Shown here in pieces: positions 30,225-37,945 of a stretch of DNA of 64,000 nucleotides. The position numbers and the translations under genes were made by a program. The DNA is from Escherichia phage PE37: the sequence record NC_054929.1; one strand, 5' to 3'. The first letter of the stretch is position 1. The number at the start of each line of letters is the position of its first letter. A model generated the notes under the pieces. That model was not told the origin of the DNA. It did no database searches and saw only the letters and a program-made list of their open reading frames with translations.

Positions 30225-30299
30225 GGCCCTGTAGCTGGAAGGTTCAAGCAAGCGACTCATAATCGCCAGATGGTGGTTCAATTCCACCCAGGGCCACCA
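30225..30299 (+). tRNA. tRNA with CAU anticodon (Ile2 lysidine-type, or Met)
   Basis: Acceptor GGCCCTG/CAGGGCC, loop CTCATAA, CCA encoded; T4 tRNA-Ile counterpart by position. Confidence 0.8.
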
Positions 30300-30308
30300 A
30301 ATTAATTT

Positions 30309-30395
30309 GGGGAGTTATCCCGTAGAGGTAGCGGTGTGGACTGTAAATCCATTGTCATTGCGACTCGGGTGGTTCGACTCCATCACTCCCCACCA
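30309..30395 (+). tRNA. tRNA-Tyr-like (anticodon GUA), type II
   Basis: Acceptor GGGGAGT/ACTCCCC, anticodon arm GTGGA-CTGTAAA-TCCAT, variable arm with GTC/GAC stem, T-arm GGTGGTTCGACTCCATC, CCA encoded; D-arm imperfect. Confidence 0.6.
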
Positions 30396-30399
30396 ATTT

Positions 30400-30474
30400 G
30401 GATGTGTAGCTCAATGGCAGAGCGATCGCCTGTTAAGCGATTGGTTATAGGTTCGAATCCTATCACGTCCGCCA
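30400..30474 (+). tRNA. tRNA-Asn (anticodon GUU)
   Basis: Acceptor GGATGTG/CACGTCC, anticodon arm ATCGC-CTGTTAA-GCGAT, T-arm ATAGGTTCGAATCCTAT, CCA encoded. Confidence 0.8.
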
Positions 30475-30478
30475 AATC

Positions 30479-30554
30479 CGAGGCATAGCTCAGAAGGAAG
30501 AGCAAGGACCTTCTAAGTCCTAGGTCGTAGGTTCGATCCCTACTGCCTCGACCA
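30479..30554 (+). tRNA. tRNA-Arg (anticodon UCU)
   Basis: Acceptor CGAGGCA/TGCCTCG, D-stem GCTC/GAGC, anticodon arm AGGAC-CTTCTAA-GTCCT, CCA encoded. Confidence 0.85.
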
Positions 30555-30570
30555 ATTAAGTGAGGAAAAT

Positions 30571-30921
30571 ATGAAAGGTAATGTTTATTTAGTAGTTCAT
30601 GATTTAACATTTTATTTTAATCACAATGACACGGTTATTTCTGAACGTGTAATTAATTTGCTTTATCAACACGCGGATTATGTTTATGTCGAAAACGAAT
30701 ATGGTCATTGGCAATTTCTCAAAAATCGTTCATTTGGCTTAGATGGTTACGAATACTTTGAACGTAAAGACCTTTTAGATAAAATTTCGTTATCTACACA
30801 ATATCAAAATCATAAGTCTTTACATAAATGTCGGCTAATTCGAAATGCTGAATCTGCTTATGAAGCAATTGATTTATGGCGTTTACGCCGTGAACAAATT
30901 GATGCTTTAAAAGAATATTAA
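30571..30921 (+). CDS. hypothetical protein
   Basis: 116 aa ORF starting 17 nt after tRNA-Arg, RBS GAGGA. Confidence 0.55.
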   Translation: MKGNVYLVVHDLTFYFNHNDTVISERVINLLYQHADYVYVENEYGHWQFLKNRSFGLDGYEYFERKDLLDKISLSTQYQNHKSLHKCRLIRNAESAYEAIDLWRLRREQIDALKEY

Positions 30922-31099
30922 GAAACCGGGTCGCTACCGGTAAGTCGTCGGACTGATGTTCCCTGTTTAAGGACTGGCATTAATAAATCTTTATGTTTTG
31001 TTAATGTCCTCTTATATCACAGCAGAAACGGCGCACCGAATTATCGATTCGAGGAAATATCTTTGCCGTAAGCCGAGTAGCGTTTTTGACGGAACGTTC

Positions 31100-31235
31100 G
31101 GATATGGTCGAGATATGGCCTTTTAAAAATATTGAGTAGCGTCAACTGCTTAATAACCGGGTTCGAATCCCGGCGTTTCGTACAAACACTTGCCTTAGCA
31201 GGTGGAACCCCGACAAGGTTGCCGCAAGGCTTAGA
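31100..31235 (+). ncRNA. putative small stable RNA (T4 species 1/2 rnaC/rnaD-like), boundaries approximate
   Basis: 390-nt ORF-free interval after the tRNA cluster with a tRNA-like T-arm (CCGGGTTCGAATCCCGG), repeated GAGTAGCGT, ending at a terminator; T4 has stable RNAs near tRNA-Arg. Confidence 0.3.
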
Positions 31236-31262
31236 CCCGACCGAAAGGTTGGGGCTTTTTGG
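31236..31262 (+). terminator. rho-independent terminator (copy 1)
   Basis: Hairpin CCCGACC-GAAA-GGTTGGG followed by CTTTTT. Confidence 0.7.
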
Positions 31263-31270
31263 TATAAATA
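31263..31270 (+). promoter_or_regulatory. late promoter TATAAATA
   Basis: Exact TATAAATA about 40 nt upstream of the 31311 ATG. Confidence 0.6.
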
Positions 31271-31310
31271 TAGTAGTATATTAAATCCACGAATTAAAAC
31301 AGGAAATAAG

Positions 31311-31784
31311 ATGAAATCATATACTCAATTTTTAAATGAAGCGGTGTTAAATGAAGCATCTAGCACCGAAATTCAAGCTGTCGCAAAAGCAGCCATTGCA
31401 GCGGGTAAATATTCTTACAAAGATGCTTCTGATGAATCGCGATTCCAGTTTGCACGCGACATGAAAGCGGAAGGATTTACGGGAAATGCAGTTAGTATGG
31501 CCTGGAAAAGTTTAGTTGCTACTGGCGCTGCTTTTGCAAAGGCTTCGGGTAAACCTGCTCCTAAAGCAGATCCTAAAGTCGCACAAGAGAAAAATATTGT
31601 TAAAGGAATTATCTCCAAATATGAAGCTATCCTTAAAGAGCTTTTAGTAATCAAAACTGAAGGCCAAAAACTAGCTCGTGCTTATAGTTTCAAAGATAAC
31701 CCACATGCTCACTCTCTTGAGTATGTTGAAGACATCCAAAAAATTATTAAAGACCGCATTTGGTCTGCTAAACAAATCAAATAA
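31311..31784 (+). CDS. capsid-targeted internal-protein candidate
   Basis: 157 aa; N-terminus MKSYTQFLNEA resembles the internal-protein capsid targeting sequence; late promoter upstream. Confidence 0.65.
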   Translation: MKSYTQFLNEAVLNEASSTEIQAVAKAAIAAGKYSYKDASDESRFQFARDMKAEGFTGNAVSMAWKSLVATGAAFAKASGKPAPKADPKVAQEKNIVKGIISKYEAILKELLVIKTEGQKLARAYSFKDNPHAHSLEYVEDIQKIIKDRIWSAKQIK

Positions 31785-31793
31785 CATTCTTAG

Positions 31794-31820
31794 CCCCGAC
31801 CAAAAGGTTGGGGCTTTTTG
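31794..31820 (+). terminator. rho-independent terminator (copy 2)
   Basis: CCCCGACC-AAAA-GGTTGGGG + CTTTTTG, near-identical to copy 1. Confidence 0.7.
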
Positions 31821-31953
31821 GTATCTAGGCCTTTCCAGGCCTCTCTAGACATCATTTAGTTTCTACCCTTTATAATATATTATCCTATCCTTTGATTTCC
31901 CCTCCCTGCCCTAGAATTCCCCAAAACTTTTTAAAAATTTTTTTCACAAAACG

Positions 31954-31984
31954 GTTTACATCCTTGTCCTTCCATGGTACTATA
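31954..31984 (+). promoter_or_regulatory. early promoter (GTTTAC -35, TACTAT -10) in repeated block
   Basis: tttttcacaaaacgGTTTACa...ggTACTATacaactatcaactac upstream of 32027 ATG. Confidence 0.6.
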
Positions 31985-32026
31985 CAACTATCAACTACTG
32001 ATACAGAAAACAACTTGGAGAATGAA

Positions 32027-32290
32027 ATGGATAATTATGGTGAACTGTTCAACTTCTTTATGAAATGTGTTTCCGAAGATTTTGGTCGTACAGTGAATGA
32101 TATTAAAGTTATCGGTCCTGACCATCCGATGTTTGAAACTTACGCAGTAATGGGTAATGAAGATGGTCAGTGGTATACTGTAAAGGTTGTGATTAACATG
32201 TTCACAGCAGAAGGTTATGTTAAACTGTCTTCTAAAGTTTACCATGATAACGACGAAATCGCAGAAGAATATTTCAATAATATGAAATAA
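32027..32290 (+). CDS. hypothetical protein
   Basis: Start moved to ATG after GGAGAATGAA RBS (MDNYGELFNFF); the track extension reads through the promoter. Confidence 0.5.
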   Translation: MDNYGELFNFFMKCVSEDFGRTVNDIKVIGPDHPMFETYAVMGNEDGQWYTVKVVINMFTAEGYVKLSSKVYHDNDEIAEEYFNNMK

Positions 32291-32293
32291 TTG

Positions 32294-32323
32294 TGTACAA
32301 ACACCAAGGATGGTGTTATTATA
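32294..32323 (+). promoter_or_regulatory. early promoter candidate
   Basis: GTGTAC-aaacaccaaggatggtg-TTATTAT, palindrome CACCA/TGGTG in spacer. Confidence 0.4.
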
Positions 32324-32358
32324 GACTTATCAAAACAAATACAGAAACGGAGAAATAA

Positions 32359-32535
32359 ATGACTACTTTAATTATTTGGTTTGACGAAAATGAAGAAACA
32401 TATTGTGTGAACATTGGCGAAAGCCCAATGCCAGAATTTGAATCTTCAGATAAAAACTCGGTTATATCTTGGGCTGAAGGTTATAAAGCAGCAAAAGGCG
32501 ATGTTGAAATAGTTTACAAACTATCCGGAGTATAA
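32359..32535 (+). CDS. hypothetical small protein
   Basis: 58 aa ORF (MTTLIIWFDENEETYCV) with GGAG RBS; below track cutoff. Confidence 0.4.
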   Translation: MTTLIIWFDENEETYCVNIGESPMPEFESSDKNSVISWAEGYKAAKGDVEIVYKLSGV

Positions 32536-32578
32536 TACTCTCATGGATTTTAAATCTTAATTAACCTAAGGAAATACT

Positions 32579-33172
32579 ATGAACACACTGAAGAAAATTG
32601 TTGAGTTTATTCGCACTAAACTTGGTTCTGCTATGGCTAAAAATCTATCTGTTGAAGAGCAGTATACTGCCGCAGCAGCAAAATTGCTTGATAAAATTAA
32701 AGATCTAAAAACTGCTTCTGTTAAATCTATTAATGAAGAAAAGCGTATTCGTGAACTTATTGTCGAAAAGAATAAGCAGGCCGAATCAAAAGAGCGTGAA
32801 ATTCGCAAGCTCCTTTCGGAAGGTCAAGATGTAACAATGCATGCTAAACTTGGTTTACTATATCGTCGAACAGCTGAGCAGTTGACTACTAAAGCTGATG
32901 GTTATGCTGAAATGCGAATTGAAATCGCCAAGAAAGTAGTTGAGTTAGATGATGCTCGCCAAGAACTTGCAGTTAAATTGGAATATATCCGTGAAACTCG
33001 TGCAGCGAATGCCCTTGGAATTAGTACTGCCGATGATGTAGTTGAAATTGCAGCGCTGACTAAGGTTGATATTGAAGATACTCTTGCTCGAGTTGAAACC
33101 TTTAACGGTAATATTTCTGGGGTTGAAACCACCTCTGCCGATGTTCAGGAATATATTAATTCTCTGAAATAA
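32579..33172 (+). CDS. coiled-coil protein, possible PspA/IM30-like
   Basis: 197 aa, predicted almost entirely helical; N-terminus loosely resembles PspA. Confidence 0.6.
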
Positions 33173-33178
33173 TGATAA

Positions 33179-33192
33179 GGGGCTTCGGCCCC
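33179..33192 (+). other. UUCG-tetraloop hairpin
   Basis: GGGGCTTCGGCCCC directly after stop codon, no U-run. Confidence 0.5.
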
Positions 33193-33213
33193 TATTACTT
33201 GGAGTAAGTAGGA

Positions 33214-33822
33214 ATGAAAATGCAAAGTGATTTCAATTCAATGTTTGAAGAGTTCCAAAGACAGGTTGATGTTCCAGACCAATTATTAAATGCTCTTAAA
33301 CGTATGGCAGAAGGACGTAATTATTATTGGGGTTCTTCATATGAAACTGTTGAAAGTCTTTCTGGAAGATTTTCTAGAGGTAAAAAGTCTTTAATACGTC
33401 CTGGAATACTTATTAACAGTATTGAATCAATTCATTTATTAACATGCGATTTTGACGTTGAATTTACTGATTTTGTTTCTCCTGAATGGACGGTCTGTTA
33501 TTTAAACGACGATTATGATTATCTTGGCGTTTATAGTTTAAGTGATGCATGGTTTAAACGTAATTTACAAAAGTCAAATTTATTCTATATTGATACTACT
33601 GTAAAATTTCAGGGCAAGAAATATTTCTTTACTCTTATAGTTGACTCTGAAACAAAATATGAAAATAAACGTATTCTTAGTAAAAAGAATATCTTAACTA
33701 CTGTCGATGATCTTTTTGATAAATTCGTAGAAAATCCCAATTTTGAAAGCGATTTATTATTAGAAAAATTTGTTAAGGAATGTAGAGAATATGTCAAAAC
33801 CATCACTATACCTTCCAAGTAA
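33214..33822 (+). CDS. hypothetical protein
   Basis: 202 aa ORF, RBS GGAGTAAGTAGGA. Confidence 0.6.
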   Translation: MKMQSDFNSMFEEFQRQVDVPDQLLNALKRMAEGRNYYWGSSYETVESLSGRFSRGKKSLIRPGILINSIESIHLLTCDFDVEFTDFVSPEWTVCYLNDDYDYLGVYSLSDAWFKRNLQKSNLFYIDTTVKFQGKKYFFTLIVDSETKYENKRILSKKNILTTVDDLFDKFVENPNFESDLLLEKFVKECREYVKTITIPSK

Positions 33823-34183
33823 ACCGTTGAAGTATGAATTAAAGCGTCAGATAATTTCTACTGATGTGTTAATAGGTCCTGTGGTAGCTGTATCATTTGT
33901 GATTCTGCTGATTGCTGGAATGGTTATAGACGTTATGACTGATATTGGATCTAATACAATATTTGCGTCAACGCTAATTCTTCCATTGGTAGTTCCGCTT
34001 TTATTAGTACCTATAAATTGGATAGGATATTGGTATCAAGGAAGACACTATCGTAAACGTGTACGTGATTGGAAAGCCCAGTGCAAAAAGATTAAAAAAG
34101 AACATCAGCTTAAACTTGCTGCGTATGAATTTGATGAAATTATGAAATTTGTTAAGGAATCACGATGCAAAAGCCAAAACTAA
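33791..34183 (+). CDS. 2-TM membrane protein, paralog 1
   Basis: Start at MSKPSLYLP; two hydrophobic helices; C-terminus FVKESRCK. Confidence 0.55.
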   Translation: MSKPSLYLPSKPLKYELKRQIISTDVLIGPVVAVSFVILLIAGMVIDVMTDIGSNTIFASTLILPLVVPLLLVPINWIGYWYQGRHYRKRVRDWKAQCKKIKKEHQLKLAAYEFDEIMKFVKESRCKSQN

Positions 34184-34527
34184 ATAAAGCCAAATATTCG
34201 TTTCCAGAGGCACTATTAATTCTTGCCGTATCAGCATTTACAGCTCTTGCGGGTAGTCTTATTGGATTATTAATTGACTGTTTTATTTTAAACATCGACG
34301 GCACAGTAATTATAACAGAGGTTTGGAGTGAACTTCGTTATACTATAGCGATTTCATTATTTTCATTCTTTGGTACCATGTTATATTTTCATTATGATAA
34401 TTTTAAAATAAATTGGCAAAGAAAAAAAGATTACAAAATACAATTAAAAGAATATAATAGCTACATGTCTTATATTGAAAAAGAATCAATGGAAGAGTTT
34501 GTGAGTGATTGTAGGAAAATTAAATGA
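34165..34527 (+). CDS. 2-TM membrane protein, paralog 2
   Basis: 120 aa, two TM helices, C-terminus FVSDCRKIK, ATGA overlap with next gene. Confidence 0.55.
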   Translation: MQKPKLNKAKYSFPEALLILAVSAFTALAGSLIGLLIDCFILNIDGTVIITEVWSELRYTIAISLFSFFGTMLYFHYDNFKINWQRKKDYKIQLKEYNSYMSYIEKESMEEFVSDCRKIK

Positions 34528-35012
34528 TTTTAAAAACTCGCTGGTATGATTTAGATGACGGGGATGATGGCATTTCAGTTAATAGAGTTGACTGGAATGG
34601 CTGTTCCGAAGATATGAAAAATTTGCTGATTAGGGAGTTTAGAATGGGATATCAACCAGTTAAGCCATCTACTGCAACAGATGATAAATTCGTGTGTATT
34701 CATAATGGTCGCGCTAAATTAACGAACGCTGATTGGTTCACAGATAAAATTATGATTCTGTGGTATATTATTAGTCTTCCTGTGACATCATTCGTATTTT
34801 ACTTTTTTATAAAAAATCCAATGGACAGAATAGGAGATTGGATTCTTTTAACCATACTTGTTAATATTTTTACTGCAGCAATATTATCTGGGATATGGTA
34901 CACGTTCATTGAAATGCCATGGCGTTTACGCAGACAACAAAAGATTTTTGATGAAAAGAAATATACCCAAAATTTAAATAGCTTTATCACTGAATGCAGG
35001 AAATTAAAATGA
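34524..35012 (+). CDS. 2-TM membrane protein, paralog 3
   Basis: 162 aa, two TM helices, C-terminus FITECRKLK, ATGA overlap with nudE. Confidence 0.55.
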   Translation: MILKTRWYDLDDGDDGISVNRVDWNGCSEDMKNLLIREFRMGYQPVKPSTATDDKFVCIHNGRAKLTNADWFTDKIMILWYIISLPVTSFVFYFFIKNPMDRIGDWILLTILVNIFTAAILSGIWYTFIEMPWRLRRQQKIFDEKKYTQNLNSFITECRKLK

Positions 35013-35449
35013 AAACATTATCAGTTGGTATTATCTTTATGACAGAAGATAAAGATTTATTTATGGGTCGGGTTACTGGTTCTCGTAAGCCTGGAATGAT
35101 GGCACATCGCTGGGATATTCCAAAGGGCCGTGTAGAAAATTCTGATTTAAGCGCATTAGATGCAGCACGAAGAGAATGTTTAGAAGAGACTGGTTTTAGC
35201 AATTATAATCCAGACCTTCTAGAAGACCTAGGTGTATTTAAATATTCTAGTAATAAAGACTTACAGTTATTTTATTATACGATTCCAGTAGAGCATGAGA
35301 TGTTCAGAAATTGCCATTGCGAGTCTTATTTTGAAAATAAAGATGGTGTTATGATTCCAGAGATGGACGCTTTTGCTCTTATTCCTCATACTCAGTGGCA
35401 ATATGTGATGGGTCCTTCACTTTACCGAATAATGAACAACCTCTTTTAA
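35009..35449 (+). CDS. nudE: Nudix hydrolase NudE
   Basis: Nudix box-like PKGRVENSDLSALDAARRECLEETGF; start at ATG after AGGAAA (alternative ATG at 34994). Confidence 0.8.
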   Translation: MKTLSVGIIFMTEDKDLFMGRVTGSRKPGMMAHRWDIPKGRVENSDLSALDAARRECLEETGFSNYNPDLLEDLGVFKYSSNKDLQLFYYTIPVEHEMFRNCHCESYFENKDGVMIPEMDAFALIPHTQWQYVMGPSLYRIMNNLF

Positions 35450-35980
<531 letters not shown>

Positions 35981-35984
35981 AGTT

Positions 35985-36016
35985 GTTTACTTTCTCCTAG
36001 AATTGTGATAGTATAT
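35985..36016 (+). promoter_or_regulatory. early promoter
   Basis: GTTTAC ... TAGTATAT upstream of denV. Confidence 0.55.
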
Positions 36017-36039
36017 TCACAGTTACTTGGAGGGATAAA

Positions 36040-36456
36040 ATGACTCGTATTAATTTGACTTTAGTATCTGAACTTGCTGATCAACATTTAATCGCAGAAT
36101 ACCGTGAATTGCCACGTGTTTTTGGTATAGTTCGTAAACATGTGGCAAATGGTAAACGGGTTAAAGATTTTAAAATATCTTCCGAGTTTATTTTAGGTTC
36201 TGGTCATGTTACGTTCTTTTACGATAAGTTAGAATTTTTGCGAAAGCGTCAATCAGACATTATAACGGAATGCTTAAAACGCGGGTTTAGTATAAAAGAT
36301 ACTGAAGTTCCTGACATCGGCGATATTCCAGCAGAATGGAAAAATGATTATAATCCATGCAAATCAGCTATTAAATTGAGTCAACAACGACTCAATGAAA
36401 AAATTTTAATGAAGCCACACTGGTACAAGTATTACGGCAAAAATATTTACATTTAA
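36040..36456 (+). CDS. denV: endonuclease V (pyrimidine dimer glycosylase) DenV
   Basis: 138 aa, [17 protein letters not shown]..., close to T4 DenV from memory. Confidence 0.95.
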   Translation: MTRINLTLVSELADQHLIAEYRELPRVFGIVRKHVANGKRVKDFKISSEFILGSGHVTFFYDKLEFLRKRQSDIITECLKRGFSIKDTEVPDIGDIPAEWKNDYNPCKSAIKLSQQRLNEKILMKPHWYKYYGKNIYI

Positions 36457-36465
36457 AGGAAACAC

Positions 36466-36939
36466 ATGAAAACATATCAAGAATTTATTACTGAAGCAGC
36501 TATTAATTCTCAAATTATTGCTGAATCTTTTACTGATCTTTTGAAATTTAAAAAAGGTCAAAAAATCACTGCTGTATTGGATGATGGTACAGAAGTTGAG
36601 ATGGATGTACAGGGATATAATTATGCAGTAGATGGAAAACTGTATAATAAATCTCATGCTAAATTTGATTCATTTGACGACTTTGTTAATACAGTTGAAG
36701 ATGAAAAAACTCGTCGATCCATTGCAACTGGTGATGCTAAGGTTCTTATGGCACATGGTCATGAACGCATTCGCGCTAAACAGAATAAAATGGGCGAAGA
36801 TAATTTCGCATTAGTTGGTTATCAATCTGGTAAACAAACTTATGGTTATCAGCGTACTGCTACCATGTATAATAAAAATGGTAAAATTGCCTTTGTGAAT
36901 AGTAAGGGTTCTATTCAGTACGTTAAATCGTTCAAATAA
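36466..36939 (+). CDS. internal protein (ipII/ipIII-position), capsid-targeted
   Basis: 157 aa, N-terminal MKTYQEFITEA capsid targeting sequence, basic C-terminal region. Confidence 0.7.
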   Translation: MKTYQEFITEAAINSQIIAESFTDLLKFKKGQKITAVLDDGTEVEMDVQGYNYAVDGKLYNKSHAKFDSFDDFVNTVEDEKTRRSIATGDAKVLMAHGHERIRAKQNKMGEDNFALVGYQSGKQTYGYQRTATMYNKNGKIAFVNSKGSIQYVKSFK

Positions 36940-37073
36940 TATGGGAACAGCCTGGACCTCATTTGAGGTATTCCCGCCAACCTGTAATAAGGTCGAGCCC
37001 AAGCGCGGTAATGGGTAAATACAGAAATGGACAATTCATGCGCCATGGAATGGCCCAAACTTAGAGAGAAGAA

Positions 37074-37613
37074 ATGAGAACATTTTTAACTGGTCCTTAT
37101 CTATCCCTGATGAATGCTTTTACACACCATTCTGATGCTAGAGTAGAAGAAATTTGTAAAAACGAATATATCCCGCCATTTGAAGACTTACTTAAGCAGT
37201 ATTGCACACTTCGTATAGATGGTGGACGTCAATCCGGTAAATCAACTGCTGTGACTAACTTTGCTGCTAATTGGCTGTATGATGGTGGAACAGTTATTGT
37301 TCTTTCTAATACTTCAGCTTACGCTAAAATTTCTGCAAATAACATTAAAAAAGAATTTTCTCGTTATTCTGGCGATGATATTCGATTCCGCTTATTTACC
37401 GATTCTGTCCGTAGTTTTATCGGTAATAAAGGAAGCAAGTTCAGAGGTTTATCGCTTTCACGAATTTTGTATATAATTGATGAGCCTGTTAAAGCTCCTG
37501 ATATGGATAAAATTTACGATATTCATATTGAAACTGTACATTACTGTTGCAATAGTAAATGCTGCATTGGTGGTATTACTCGTCCACAGTTTTTCATAAT
37601 CGGAATGCAATGA
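37074..37613 (+). CDS. small P-loop NTPase
   Basis: Walker A GGRQSGKST, Walker B-like ILYIIDEP, 179 aa. Confidence 0.6.
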   Translation: MRTFLTGPYLSLMNAFTHHSDARVEEICKNEYIPPFEDLLKQYCTLRIDGGRQSGKSTAVTNFAANWLYDGGTVIVLSNTSAYAKISANNIKKEFSRYSGDDIRFRLFTDSVRSFIGNKGSKFRGLSLSRILYIIDEPVKAPDMDKIYDIHIETVHYCCNSKCCIGGITRPQFFIIGMQ

Positions 37614-37939
37614 TGACAGACACACAGCTTTTCGAATATCTTTATTTTTCGCCAAAAACTATTAAAAATAAATTGGTGAATCATTTTGAAATTTTGGCAA
37701 ATAATAACGTCTTGAGCGAATTTTATCCTAAGCAATACAAATTACAAAAAGGCGTATTCAAAGGATGCAGAGTTTTGTGCACTGCTCCTAATGCAAGATT
37801 AATGAATAAAATTCCATATTTTACCATGGAATTTATTGATGGACCTTTTAAAGGACTAATCACCCAAAGTTTAATGGCATATGATTCTGAGCCATTTTTA
37901 ATTAAAGAACAGTCTTGGATAAATTTATTTTCTAATTGA
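37610..37939 (+). CDS. hypothetical protein
   Basis: ATGA overlap with upstream stop; 109 aa. Confidence 0.5.
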   Translation: MMTDTQLFEYLYFSPKTIKNKLVNHFEILANNNVLSEFYPKQYKLQKGVFKGCRVLCTAPNARLMNKIPYFTMEFIDGPFKGLITQSLMAYDSEPFLIKEQSWINLFSN

Positions 37940-37945
37940 GGTTAT

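Noticed and set aside
30383-30610. 75-aa minus-strand ORF across tRNA-Asn/Arg
   Set aside because: Antisense to tRNA genes; spurious.
31130-31180. Possible eleventh tRNA from the T-arm-like CCGGGTTCGAATCCCGG
   Set aside because: No matching acceptor stem, anticodon arm or CCA could be folded; treated as part of a putative stable RNA.
31892-32290. 132-aa ORF in the track starting at 31892
   Set aside because: Its first 45 codons read through an early promoter block (translation ...GTIQLSTTD = tactatacaactatcaactactga). The real start is the ATG at 32027 behind a GGAG-type RBS; the same artefact explains the 46964 and 48455 track starts.
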